A stretch of 64,000 bases of DNA from Octopus sinensis (taxonomy: Eukaryota), in assembly GCF_006345805.1 (NCBI RefSeq), contig NW_021832849.1, positions 1 through 64,000 of the forward strand. The letters run 5' to 3'. The position numbers and the translations under genes are program-made. Each line of letters opens with the position of its first letter. Positions within the stretch are counted from its first letter, which is position 1. The notes beneath the pieces were generated by a model that had not been told where the DNA came from, searched no databases, and saw nothing but the letters and a program-made list of their open reading frames with translations. Shown here piece by piece: positions 1 to 13,730 of this stretch.

Positions 1-688
1 AAGAAAGAAAAAAGAATGAATGAAAAAAGAGAAAAGATTGAAGATGTAAAGCATAAAAGAAAAGAATTTCTGCCTTCTTCTTCTTCTTCTACAGGCGTCA
101 GGAGGCCGAGGCTTACCTCGGGTTAGTGTTGAGCTTTTACAGGCTGATGAGAGTCAAAAAGTCTCCACACACCACACCGAATGGTGGCCAATTCATGGCA
201 GGGGCTTAACCACGCCGGCTATTATAGGGACTGATACTCAACTGAGTGCGCAGCAAACAATGCTAAACGAAATTCCTTGCCCAAGCACATAACGCGCTGC
301 TCACTCCGAAATCGAACCCATGACTTCACGGTCATGGGTCCAAAGCATCCTAACAACTGTGCAACACATCTTATATATTATTTATTGTATTTATATGTGT
401 AACATTGTTCCGTTTTTTCCGTCCTGTTTTTGCATAAATTCGATGCTTCCTCCAAGGATCTAATGCTCTTAGCTTAGTTTTTCCTTGGAGCTGGCCAGAT
501 TGGAGCAATCTCAAGAATAATCAGCCGAAATTGCGAGGATAATCTGGTTCTTGACTGAAGATAGAAAATTCGAATGACCCGTTTGCTTGGTTTCTTTGAT
601 CGCTGTGCTGGATGTTTTGTTATCCCTTTTGTATTACCTAGTTGTCCCGCTGTTTTGCCTTCTTGTCCCATTTATGATATTATATATC

Positions 689-722
<34 letters not shown>

Positions 723-1190
723 CATACATGCATACATATAGAGAGTGAGTGAGTGAGAGAGAGAGAGAAATAAATAAATAAAAAAAGAGACAACATTGAA
801 AAAAACTACACATCAAGATATATATATATATATGTAAATATGTGCTATGTTTAAATGTATGCATCTGTCTATACGTACGCACGTACGTAGTACCTACCTA
901 CCTACCAACCTACCAGCCTGCCTACATACATACATACATATACACATGTGCATATATGTGTGTGACGACGCGTAACCTAGTGGTTAAGGTCTTATATTCA
1001 ATTCAAGGTGTTATATTCAATTCAATTCAATTAAGGTCTTTTATATCAATTCCCGGACCGGGCGGTGCCATGGGTTCTTGCCCAAAACGTTTCATTTCTG
1101 TGCACTCAGCTCTTAATGAATAACTCCGCAACGGAATGGGGACCCGTTCGAGGGTTCTTAGACACGAGACTGTATTGACTTTGTTTATCT

Positions 1191-1238
<48 letters not shown>

Positions 1239-1825
1239 TGGGACGAATGAGGGACATTCAATGCAGAAAAGGAGACGATAATAACAGAAAAGAAAGGAAA
1301 GAAGGAAGATATAAAGGAAGTAAGAAAGGTGACTATAGAAAGAAAGAGTAACAGAAAGAAAGAACCGGGTAAGGTTACAGGCCAAGAAAGAAAGAAAGAA
1401 AGATAAAAGAACGGAAGAATAAAGTCAGAACGAAAGAAAGAAAAGAAAGAAAATACGGAAACAAAGAATATATGAAAGATAAAAAATTCAAGAGAGCAAG
1501 AATGCGAGAGAAGTGAAAGAAAAAATGATTAAAGAAGAAGATTTGCCGTCTGAAGGAATAAAGTTCTTTTATAAAAGAGATAATCCCCCTCCAATCACCG
1601 ACGAAAAATACTTTCATTTTGGTTTAATGGAACCCAAAAATTGATAAAATATATTTTTGAAAGAAAGAAAAAAAAAAAGGAAGAAAAACCCACAAAGAAA
1701 TTACGCAAGTAAAAACAATAACAAGACAACAAAAGCAAACTTAAAAGCCTGAAGAAAAGTTGTGATATCTCGAAGAATTATTGTGTTTGGTGGAATTGTT
1801 TTTTATCAAAAAGAACGAATAACTG

Positions 1826-1865
<40 letters not shown>

Positions 1866-1887
1866 ATGTGTGTGTGTGTATAATATT

Positions 1888-1920
<33 letters not shown>

Positions 1921-2294
1921 GTGTAGTGTGTGTGTGTATGTATATATATATATATATAAATAATATATATATATATGTATATATAATGTACATGTATATA
2001 TATATTATATATATATATATATATGCACATATGAATACGCAAACATATGTATATGTGTATACGTATGCACACAGATAGATATGTTATGCATGTATATATA
2101 TATAAGTTTATATGAATATATATGTGTGCATATTTATACATGTATGTACGTAACTGTAAACAACCAAAACGATATTAATTTGTTTTTTCATATATGTTTT
2201 TATGAAATAATTTCTTACGAAATATTCTTTGGCTTTGTGTTGTTTACTTTGTTATGTTTATTGCATTTGATTTTGAGTTTTCCCTGTGTGTATG

Positions 2295-2334
<40 letters not shown>

Positions 2335-2892
2335 TATATATATATATATATATATATACGTACATATATATATATATATAGGCATATATGTAAATATACA
2401 CACACGCTTGTGTGTGTGTCCGCGCGCATATGTATATATATAAATATGTATGTAGATATTTTTGTACGTGAGCAAATACACACACACACACATACACATT
2501 TAATGTAGTTATGCTAGCATGGAAAAGGACGTTAAATGATGATGATGATGATATAACTGTATATGTATGTATCCGAATACGTACACATATACATGTATGA
2601 GTATATTTTGTATGTATGTATGTATGTATGTATGTATGTATGTATGTATGTATGTATGTATGTATGTATGTATGTATGTATGTATGTATGTATATGTAAT
2701 ACACACACAGATGTACAGATATATATCTACATACATACATACATATAGGTATACATATATATACATATATATATATATATGCGCACAGGGGAAACAAACT
2801 ACCTTCACAATTGAAACTGTTAAACGTCAACATTAAAAAAAAGAACAAGAACAACACTATTTGCAGCGAGAGGGGAAAGATTAACGACTATC

Positions 2893-3037
2893 ACGATGAT
2901 GATGATGATGACGACAACGAAAATGATAATGATGACGATAAAGAAAGAGGCTATTGAAGTGGCCGCTGATAGTGATGGCAGCAGTGCTAGTCGTAATAAT
3001 AATAATAATAATAATAATAACAATAACAATAATGATA

Positions 3038-3074
<37 letters not shown>

Positions 3075-3236
3075 TGATGATGATGATAATGATGATAATG
3101 ATAATAATAATGATAATAATAATAATAATAACAATAATAATGATAATAATAGTGATAATAATAATAATAATTAATATAATAATGATAATAATAATAATAA
3201 TATTAATAATGATAATAATATAATAATAATAATAAT
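2893..3236. repeat. Compound trinucleotide microsatellite (GAT/AAT)n
   Basis: Direct read; explains the poly-N/I/M ORFs at 2.8-3.4 kb. Confidence 0.95.
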
Positions 3237-3630
3237 GACCGCACAGCTTGTACTGCAGATGGTGGAAAAAACAACACGGTTTCTTTATATATATATATAT
3301 ATATATAATATATATATATATAATAATGTGTGTGGTGTGTGTATGTATGTAGACCCTCACGCTCACACATTAAGTCGGAAAAATAATCAGCCATGTGATA
3401 TGATCAAAGGAAGAAGCGATTATTTGATTTTGTACTTGAATAACCGATAGATATGTGTGTGTGAGTGTCTGTCTGTGTGTGTGTGGTGTTGTGGCTTAGT
3501 TGACGGTGTAAGATGTTGGTGCATAGTGGTGGGTCTGGTAGTGGTGGTGGGGAAACGGAAGCAGAACCTGCCTATAGGTAAATAGGGAAAATATGTAATG
3601 ATTATTTCTATATATGTGCATGTGTGTTCG

Positions 3631-3665
<35 letters not shown>

Positions 3666-3772
3666 TATACATATATGTATGTATACACACATATATGTAC
3701 ATACATATAAATATAAGTTGCAAGGTACATATATACATATATATACATATATAACCTCAGGTGTGAGTGTGC

Positions 3773-3804
<32 letters not shown>

Positions 3805-3841
3805 ATTGTGTATGTGTGTGTGTGTATGTGTATGTGTGTGG

Positions 3842-3872
<31 letters not shown>

Positions 3873-5132
3873 TTGTTGTGTGTGTGTGTGTGTGTGTGTG
3901 GTGTGGTGTGGGTGTATTGTGTTGTATTGTGTGTGTGAATTCCAATTTTAATGTTGATTTCGGCGATTCGAATATCTCTGCAAATTTCTTTTAAGCATAA
4001 TAAAATTGAGCGAATTTGTGTTCTTAATATTTCGGCTGTTTCCGCATTTCACCGGTTTCTGTCCTATGCTGTATATAAACAACACCACAATTTTACGATT
4101 TTCTTCGTACTCCTGTTGACGAAGGCTTCACACGACCATAAATCTATACAATGAGCTTACTTCCAGAAACACACTGTATTCAGAGATTACACATAACCAC
4201 TGACACATACACACATACATATGTATGTTTTTCTAGTTCGCTATTTAGTTTAGGTTTAATTTTGACCGGCCACTTGGTAGCAAGGTTACAATTGAACGTG
4301 TCTTGTTCTAACCAGTGTCCGTTAAGGCGTTACGTTCTCTCCTTCATGGACCCAAGTTCAGCCATACCTTGCTGCTGGTGGATTGGTACGTATTCTCTTG
4401 TTCCAAAGTATGATACTGAAAGTGTATATTAGATACTGGATTTGCAAACTTCTTATCAATGATCCATAGATGCCCTCTTTCTCTTGTTCTTTTCTAAGTC
4501 CATTGGTGTACAGAGCATAGCTGATCTCCACATGAAAGCATATATTTTCCAACAATATCTGGTTGGTTGTATTTTAACTGGTAGGCGTGATGAGAAAGGT
4601 GGGTGTTAGTAACCCAGCTTAATCATTGACGAAAGGAAAAGATCGTTGCTGGGCCTCATAGGCTGCCGGGTTCGATCTTTTAACCTTTTTGTTCGTTTTT
4701 CCTTCTTTGTGTTAGTTTGATTTTAAAAAAGTTCTAGTTAAAGGAAAATTCAATCCGTATATAAAATACTTTTTAAGTAAATTTCTAATACTTAAATCAT
4801 TCGAACTCATGTAACATCTTTGTCTTTTGTTCGTCCTGTAATGTCGCATTCTATATAATGATCATCATGATCGTAATAAAGATTCCATTTTAACTGGTAG
4901 GCAGTTCCACCATTATTCATTTAACGCATTGGTCTCTATAGAGTCAACTTCGTCAGCGAACGTTTTCTGTTTTGTTATCCTGTTCCAGACTGTCCAGGCC
5001 TTTGCATCATGCCTTACAGAAAGATAATATCTTGAAGACATTCTCGCGTAGTTCGCAGTTTTGTGGTTGATGTCTTCAGTCTTGGTTTTGTACAGCCTTC
5101 ATTTGTTGTCCGTCAATATTTTCTGCCGGTTT

Positions 5133-5722
5133 AAGGTGGTGAGCTGGCAGAAACGTGAGCCGCCGAAACGCTAAGAGCTATTTCGTCTGTCTTTACGTTC
5201 TGAATTCAAACTCCACCAAGGTCAAATTTACCTTTCATCCTTTCGGAGGTCGATAAATTTAGTACCGGTTGCGTACTGTGGTCGATCTAATCGACTTAAT
5301 CCCTTCCCTAAAATTTCGGGCCTTGTGCCTAGAGTAGAAAAGAATATTTTCGGCCGTTTTAAGGCGGCTAGCTGGCAGAAACGTTAGCACACCGGGCGAA
5401 ATGCTTAGCGGTATTTCGTCTGCCGCTACGTTCTTAGTTCAAATTCTGCTGAGGTCGACTTTGCCTTTCATCCTTTCGGAGTCGATAAATAAAGTACCAG
5501 TTACGCACTGGGGTCGATATAATCGACTTAATCCGTTTGTCTGTCCTTGTTTGTCTTCTCTGTGTTTAGCCCCTTGTGGGTAGTAAAGAAATAGGTATTT
5601 CGTCTGCATTTACGTTCTGAGTTCAAATTCCGCCGAGGTCGACTTTGCCTTTCATCCTTTCGAGGTCGATGAATTAAGTACCAGTTACGCACCGGGGTCG
5701 ATGCAATCGACTGGCCCTCTAC
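5133..5722 (+). mobile_element. Three head-to-tail copies of tRNA-derived SINE family B (third copy 5' truncated)
   Basis: A-box-like TGGCAGAAACG, B-box GAGTTCAAATTC and shared body gaggtcgactttgcctttcatcctttcg..gtcgataaa..aagtaccag. The first copy is flanked by an ~18-bp direct repeat aatattttc.gcc.gttt (TSD-like). Confidence 0.9.
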
Positions 5723-5990
5723 TAATTTAGAGTAGCAGCGCCCAGCTGCGTAAGATGAATACGCGTGTTTGTATTTACTTAGATTTAGCATTGTTTGTTA
5801 TCATCCTTTTATTTTTTCGCAGTGGATAGCTACATTCATTACAATCATTTTCACAAGGCTTTGATTTCTCAAAGATTGCTGGTAGAGTCAGGAGGTTCTT
5901 TTAAAGACCAATGTTTTACAGGCGTAACTGTAAAATAGAAAAAAAGTTTTAAAATGTGTCTAGGTTGCTGAATGTAATCCCGTACCACGC

Positions 5991-6078
5991 GGAGTAGAGA
6001 GTCTATAGTTCCGGAGCAGAGAGTCTATAGTTCCGGAGCAGAGAGTCTATAGTTCCGGAGCAGAGAGTCTATAGTTCC
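5991..6078. repeat. 22-bp minisatellite, 4 copies (ggagcagagagtctatagttcc)
   Basis: Direct tandem periodicity of 22. Confidence 0.95.
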
Positions 6079-6252
6079 AACAACTTGTTATTCAATATAA
6101 GAATTTTAACTTCTCATGGCATGTGATTGTGTTTAAGATTCTACAAATTCGTTCTTCGATTAAATGTTCACTATTCCGCGTTAGAACATGGGATTGTAAG
6201 TGTGTAGGTGTCCAGAAAATTCATGGAAGTACATTTCGTATGAAAGTGTTTT

Positions 6253-6410
6253 TTGCCAACAGGTCCAGTCTGTCACCTTGCCAACAGGTCCAGTCTGTCA
6301 CCTTGCCAACAGGCCCAGTCTGTCACCTTGCCAACAGGTCCAGTCTGTCACCTTGCCAACAGGTCCAGTCTGTCACCTTGCCAACAGGTCCAGTCTGTCA
6401 CCATGCCAAC
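6253..6410. repeat. 25-bp minisatellite, ~6.3 copies (ttgccaacaggtccagtctgtcacc)
   Basis: Direct tandem periodicity of 25; source of the repetitive ORFs 6123-6475. Confidence 0.95.
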
Positions 6411-6523
6411 TGCACAGAGCATGTTTTTCTAGTTATAAGAATGAGAAAATAAGCGTGCAATACACAGCTAAATGAGCCGTGTTGTTGTTGTTGTTGTCGT
6501 TGTCACCCTCGTCGTCGTTGCTC

Positions 6524-6555
<32 letters not shown>

Positions 6556-8519
6556 TGGACCTTTCTCCTCTCTCACCTCGCTACCCCCTCTGAAATCTCC
6601 AGTTTCCCAAGCTTTATCGTCTCATACAGATTCTTTATCAAATGACATTTTCACATATAAATTGAGAAGTGAGTCCACCATAAGACCTTACCTTCTGTTT
6701 CACTGGTTCGATCAATGGTTCACTCGTTCGATCAATAGGGAATAAAACAGTGAGGGATCTCACTGGTTCCTTAAATGCTGATATTGACTGGCACCGTGAC
6801 ACACTCAGCTAACTGCATCAGTTTTTTCTTTCACTTTTAGTCTCAATTTTACGTACAAAATTTTTACCGATTTTCTATGGAGAAAGAAAAAATGCCCCCC
6901 CCCGGCCAAGAAAATAAAAACGAAAAAAGATAACACTGAAGCGAAAAACTGTTAAAGGTGAAAAAAAATAAATATAAATGAAATAAATAATAAATAAAGA
7001 TAAAATAAAATAATAGGTAAACGAAAGGAAAAATATTTTGAGAGACGGAAATCATCTTGTGAAAGACTTTCATCTTTAATGAAGAAGAAGAGCATGAAAA
7101 ATGTTTTCTTTGTGCACACACATACATACACACCCATACATACACACTCACACGCACACATACGCGCACACATACACACACATACACACACATGCATACA
7201 CACACTCACACGCACACATACACACACTTATACACATATATACACATACATACATACATACACACGCATATACACATACAAAGAGACATACACAGACACA
7301 CAGACACGCATACACATACACAAATACAGACACGCACAGACACACACACACACAGACACCGATACACATACACACGCACACACGCATACGCATATCTGTG
7401 TGTATGTATGTAGGAATGGATGGATATGTATGTGGGAGTGTCTCTGTGTATACATGTTTCCCCCCCCCCATTCCTCTCGGTCCCCAAAGCTATTAGAGCG
7501 ATCCCTTTCATTAGAATATCTAAAAGTATCTGCATAGAAAACAGCGAAAAACAAAATTATCACAAATACGCAATTTTTTTGTAAAAACAAAACAAAACAA
7601 AAAAAGATACTCCCCCCCCCACTGCTTGCTAGAGAAACTGAAGAAACAAAAATAAAAAACAAATGTACTAGCAAAAAAAAAGAAGCAAGTAAACAAAGGA
7701 ATGCACTTAACTTACTGGTTTATCAAAGAAGACCTTTAAACTTCGCATTATTGTTGAATGTGTAGGTGAAACAAGGTCACTGAGAGAAGACCAGAAGCAA
7801 AGGAATGGTTGAATAAAGGTAACAGAGAAAAGATAGATAGATAGATAAACAAACAGACAAAGAGATAAAGGTAGAAAGGTTGGTAGACAAATATAAATAG
7901 GTCCCTTCGTGTATTTCACGTTATTTATTTATGTAAAGGTTTATTAAATAGATAACTAGACAGATAGGGAGGTAAGAAAGTGAAACTAAAACTGGTATTC
8001 CCTTGGATACGAGGCCTGCTTGCTGTCTTGTCTGTTACTCTCATGGCTTGGTGTAAAAGATGAGTTACAAGAAATATTCTCCTCAATACTGCAGTTTTGC
8101 TTGTCTTTCGTTGATCATAACCAGTTGAGTGTGTCCTTTAGTGGCTGACAATATGTGCATCTCTGTTCACAAGCTGGAGAGCATCATAAACATGTGTGGA
8201 GAGGGGTTCTTTGGCGTTTGAATAATTCACTCCTGGAAACATGGCTGTTTCGTTCATCATCCTTAAGCAACCCTTATTCAGGGGCCTTTGAAAGGTTGGG
8301 CTACTCGACCTGAAGAAAACCGTTACTGGAATCTACTTGCAAGATCAATCGCTGTATATCTTGATATGAGATCACCATGTCATGCACGTATGGTCTTCAT
8401 GATGAGTAATTTGGGCTTCGTATAGTTGTACCCCAGTATCACTTTGATGCCCCTCACTCATGAACAACAACAACAATAACAACAGCAACAATACTAATAA
8501 CAGTATAATAATAATAATC

Positions 8520-8912
8520 CTTTTTACTATAGGCACAATGCCTGAAATTTCGGGAGAGGGGTAAGTTGATTACATCGATTCAAGAACACATCTGGTACTT
8601 ATTTTATCGACCCCGGAATTTGAACCCAGAACGTGAAGACGAGTGAAATGCCGCTAAGCATTTTACCCGGTGTGCTAACGATTCTTATTTCTTATTGTCC
8701 ACAAGGGGCTAAACGTAGAGGGGACAAACAAGGACAGACAAAAGTATTAAGTCGATTACATCGACCCCAGTGCGTCACTGTTACTTAATTTATCGACCCC
8801 GAAAAGATGAAAGGCAAAGTCGACCTCGGCGGAATTTGAACTCAAAACGCAGCGGCGGACGAAATACCACAAAGCATTTCGCCCGGCGTGCTAACGTCTC
8901 TGCCAGCTCGCC
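8520..8912 (-). mobile_element. Two tandem SINE family B copies with different 3' tails
   Basis: Reverse complement of the 5.1-5.7 kb copies. Confidence 0.85.
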
Positions 8913-8954
8913 TCATTATTATCATCATCATCATCATCATCATCATTATTATTG

Positions 8955-10625
8955 CCTTTGAACAGCTTCTAACGCTGGAGATGTACTACAGTGTCAGCTG
9001 TTCACTACCAGTTAACTAAGGTAACACCTCTTATTTTTCGAGCACCATCCGGAGTATTCGAGCGGTTCCAAGTAGTGCTGTTTTCTGCAAGTGCTCCACA
9101 CTTATTGCAGCCCCTATATTTCTCCACATACTTCTCGAGATTTTTGCTCACTGTTCCCAGGGCTCTGACAATTATTGGTACAACTGCTGCCTTTTTCATC
9201 GACCACAACTGCTTAACTTCCCAAAATAACCAGTCACATCTCTCAACTTTTCTTTCTTCCTTATCGCATACCTTGTTGTCAGCTGGGCGTGCTATATGTA
9301 TGATCCAACATATTTTGATTTCTTTCTCAATTAAGACTATGTCCGGCCTCCTATTCTCTATCTCATGGTAGCACTGAATCATAAAATCCCATAGGATCTT
9401 TGCATTTCTATTTTCGACGATTCCTTCAGGTTTGTGTTCGTACCAATTTTTTGCTCTCTCAAGTCCAAACTTGTTGCAGTGTCCAATGAACAAGTCTAGC
9501 TATATTGTCGTGGCGTCTCTTATATTCCTTCTGGGCTAGTGGTGTACATTGGTTGGTAATATACCATACGGTTTCACCGTTTTGTCCACAGATCTATACT
9601 TATCACTTTCTGCTGTGTTGTCTATTCTGTATTTTATGTAGCTTGTTCTTAGTGCTTGCTCTTGGGCAGCACGGATTAGATCCTCCGTTTCCGGTTTTAA
9701 ATCACTTTTAGTCATCCACAGCCAGATTTCTTCTCTGTCTGTCTTTACCCACATATTTTCAGTTTCATTCGTTTTCAATTTCTTGTTCACTGCTTTATCT
9801 TTGCAATCTTTCATTCTACACAAGCCTGACCTTCTTACTTCTATAACAGCGGTTCTGTGGCATTTTTTTTTACTTACCATGCTATGTTTTCTTCTGCTCT
9901 AATGCTGTTTTCGCATCCAATAAGTCCTCTTCCCCTTATTTTTCTTTTGTCTGTGTCATCTTTTGGGTAGAGTGACCTATATCTAGTTAGCAACTCTCTT
10001 GTCTTTCTGTCTAAGCTGTTTAGTTCGTCTACTGTCCATGCGATTACCCCTGCTCCATATCTAAGGAGTGAAACCGCCCAGGTGTTGATAACTTCAATCT
10101 TATTCCGTTCGTTTAATTTCGACTTAAGGATCAGTCTCAGTCTGCGCAAGTATTCAACCTTAAATTTTTCTGTCATTTCTTTCTCCATCAATTTATCCAT
10201 TTACAAACTCCCCAAGTAGTTATAGCCCGTCTTTTCTATCTGCTTCACAACCTCCCCCGACGGTATCCTTAGCCCGTCCATACATTTGATTTTGCCTCTC
10301 TTCAAGACTAACACACCACACTTTCTCAGTTCGAACTCCATTCTGATATCAAGCACTGAAGGTATACACCGTATCAACGAGGGAACTGACTTGGGCTTCA
10401 GCTTTACCATAAAGTTTGAGGTCATCCATGAATAACAAATGATTGACTTTTTGCGGCTTTTGAATACATACCCAGCTTTTACTTTCCTCAGAATCAGTGT
10501 TAGTGGTATCAAGCACAGTACAAAGATTAGTGGGGACATGCAGTCCCCTTGGAAGATGCCCCTCCTAATTTCTACTGTCCCTAAAAATCTGTATGCAGTC
10601 AGGTCCGTCCTCCAATTCGCCATTC
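8955..10625 (-). mobile_element. 5'-truncated R4/Dong-type non-LTR retrotransposon (RT C-terminal half, degraded zinc knuckle and RLE endonuclease), frameshifted
   Basis: ORF fragments carry GIFQGDCMSPLIF, LRYGAGVIAW, KILWDFMIQC..RRPDIVLIEK and VPIIVRALG; the 3' UTR ends in an (AAT/GAT)n tail near 8920-8954. Confidence 0.85.
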
Positions 10626-10629
10626 ATAG

Positions 10630-11832
10630 TGGACCAATCTTCACTATGGAATCGTCCGATAGCCGGATTCGTTCTACACGTGATAACAGCGTTTCAACAT
10701 AACACCACATCAGTAATGCACAGACACTGGACGTTGCGTGCAGAACAGTTTCTGGAAGTTATCCATCGTCCCCGGCTCGAAAGTCCTCCTGAAAAGACTG
10801 GTCAGTTCGACTTCGTCGACGCCTAGTGCCTCTCCGAGTGCATCATCACTCTTTCCCTCCACAGTGAGTGCCTGGTAACGTTCCAAATGTCAGTCACCTT
10901 GTCTCAGTCTCTCCTTGATCCAGGACTGCAGCTCAGTCAGGGAGACGAGCTGGGGAAGGCCTGTTTGACAAACGGCAACCACACCTCTTCACCATTTGAC
11001 CAGAATATCTGGAGATGCCGTTGTCTCGGCGTATGTATGTCTGCGCATCATTAGCCACAGTATGCCCAGCCCTCCGCGTAGAGGATGTTAGTGGCAGATG
11101 GACCGCTTCACCAATGGAACACGTCTCCTCCACCAGAATTTGAAGAGGAGGTGCTCCAACTTGGCGAGGCGCGAACGGGGGTAAGACACGACAGTTAAGC
11201 GGTAGTAGATGACGGACGCGATGTACACATTCCCCACATTCGCCCGACTTTTCAGTGAGAGCTTCCATGCAGCCCATTTCTGGGTGAGAATGGCCACCCT
11301 GTTCGTCTCCTCGTCCCAATTCTTATCTTCTTGGAGGTCCGGTCCGAACCAAACCCCAAACAACTTTACCGGTCCGTCCGTCCAGCACTCAACGACGCTG
11401 TTGGACGGCATGGACTTGTTTCACTAGATACCGAGTTGCAAGCCCACCGACTTCTCCGAGTTAAGTTTTGCTCCCTTCAACTTTTCATATTCTTTCAATG
11501 ATTTTCCGGCCACCTCGATTTCTGAGGTGTCCGACACCATCACGGTGATGTCATCCGCGTAAGCTGACACAGCTCTTCAGCGTCCCGGTTCGAGCGGGAT
11601 GCCCTGCTGCAGCTCCAGCTTCCGCAGTAAAGGCTCAAGAGTCAATACGTACAGAAAGGAGGAGAGAGGGCACCCCTGACGGACCGATCGGGAGATCTGA
11701 AACGGTTTCAGGAGGTGGCCATTAACTTTGACCACCGAGCAGATGCCGCTGTACATTGCAGCGATCCAACCTCTGAAGACGGGGCCGAAGCCAGCCGCTT
11801 TGAGGACAGCCTCCTTAAGTGACTGGTGATAT
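10630..11832 (-). mobile_element. Tx1/L1-clade LINE fragment (RT domain to C-terminus, internally deleted)
   Basis: SVRQGCPLSSFLYVLTLEPLLRKL, AYADDITVMV and KLSLKSRANVGNVYIASVIYYRLT; homologous to 36.7-39.8 kb. Confidence 0.85.
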
Positions 11833-12380
11833 AAAGAACTTAGTTCAATTAAAAGAAAATACATTTTACCTTATCCAATCACCTCCGCCACCTTCACCAT
11901 CGCCGCCGCCGCCTCAGCCGCCGCCGCCGCCAGCACCACCAGCACCACCACCACCACCATCATCGCACTCACTTCCTCTCTCTCCCCCTCTCTCTGTCTC
12001 TGTCTGTCTGTCTCTCCCCCGTCTCCTTCTGCCTTTCTTTAACCTCACCATCAGAACAACACCCTTCTGCTAAGATTATATTTTTACCTCATCTCCTCTA
12101 TATCATCACTACCTTCAACTAACTTTTTTAACCATGTAATAAATATTACTCTCCCCCTACCTCACGTCATGGACGCTTCTCTCTCCGTCTTTTTCTCTCC
12201 CCCTTTTCTTTTTCCTCTCTTTCCTTTCAACTAATCACCTGAAAGCGTTACATTTACATTCCTTCTATCACACGTCGCGTTCGATTCTCTCTCCCTGTTT
12301 TTCTCTAATCATGCGAAAGCGTTAGCAACGGGCTAAGTAACGGAATGACAAGCAAGACTATTATAAGATTATATTATATA

Positions 12381-12551
12381 GGCGCAGGAGTGGCTGTGTG
12401 GTATGTAGCTTGCTTACAAACCACATGGTTCTGGGTTCAGTCCTACTGCGTGGCAACTTGGGCAAGTGTCTTCTACTATAGCCTCGGGCCGACCAAAGCC
12501 TTGTGAAAGGATTTGGTAGACGGAAACTGAAAGAAGCCCGTCGTATATATA

Positions 12552-12609
<58 letters not shown>

Positions 12610-12850
12610 TGTGTGTGTGTGTGTGTGCGTGTGTGTGTGTGTTTGTATTTGTCCTCCCAACATCGCTTGACAACTGATGCTGGTGTGTTTACGTCCCCGT
12701 AACTTAGCGGTTCGGCAAAGAGACCGATAGAATAAGTACCAGGCTTACAAAGAATAAGTCATGGGGTCGATTTGCTCGACTAAAGGCGGTGCTGCAGCAT
12801 GGCTGCAGTCAAATGACTGAAACAAGTAAAAGAGTAAAGAGAGTAAAGAG
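12381..12850 (+). mobile_element. Full-length SINE family A (tRNA head, internal TA/TG microsatellite, CR1-like tail)
   Basis: ggcgcaggagtggctgtgtgg (A box), ggttcagtcc (B box), tail ggcggtgct.cagcatggc..cagtcaaatgactgaaacaagtaaaa. Confidence 0.9.
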
Positions 12851-13543
12851 TAATAGAAAAATACGGATAAGAAGTGTTCGAAAACTGGCATTTTGGCTTC
12901 TTAGTAGAAGTAATTAGATAGTTAGCCAGACATACAATTAGAGAGACAGAAAGACAGATAGATAGGCAGATAGACAGACCGACTAACAGATAGACAGACA
13001 GACAGATAGATAGATAGATAGATAGATAGATACATAGATAGATAGATGGATAGATAGATAGTGAAAATTGGTAGTCAGCTTTCACTTATTCCAGATGTAA
13101 AATAACCTCAGCTAAGATTGCCTTTTGTTTATAAAGTCTGTGACAATAGAATTTCTTGTAAAAAATGACAATGAAGTGCAAAGATTATCATTAAAGAGGA
13201 AAACAAAATAAAAAAGCCAAACCAAATAAAAAAAGAAAACATTGGTAAAAATAGAAACTGTAATAATAACACTAATGATAATAATTATCATAAATACCTT
13301 CATAGTTACAATAAAATATACAATGATACGCTTGTAATAACAACGATGCAAGTGCGCGCGCGAACACACACACACACACGCACGCACACACGCACACACG
13401 CACACATGCTCCGATGCATACATACACCCTCATTCATACACGCTCACATAAGAAAACACGTTGCGTTTAGTCATGTATGCACACTGAAAGCTACAGAGAT
13501 AATACCGACTTATCCGTCGTGACATTATGCCGCTTTTATCAAA

Positions 13544-13544
<1 letters not shown>

Positions 13545-13619
<75 letters not shown>

Positions 13620-13730
13620 CTACTACTACTACTACTTCTACCACCAACATCACCAATACCACAAGCACCACCAGCATAACCAATACTACCACCACCACCA
13701 CCACTACTACTATTACTACTATTACTACTA
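13545..13730. repeat. Compound (CTA)(CAA)(CCA)n microsatellite
   Basis: Direct read. Confidence 0.95.

Noticed and set aside
550-590. CTGAAGA..GAAT hammerhead-like motif in a possible Penelope-type repeat (350-660)
   Set aside because: GAAA is replaced by GAAT, and stems II and III are not supported.
4330-5110. Possible old LINE or Penelope remnants
   Set aside because: No diagnostic motif could be recovered.
8000-8500. Probable dispersed retroposon ending in (AAC/AAT)n
   Set aside because: Only one copy in the window and no motif, so it cannot be classified from this sequence alone.
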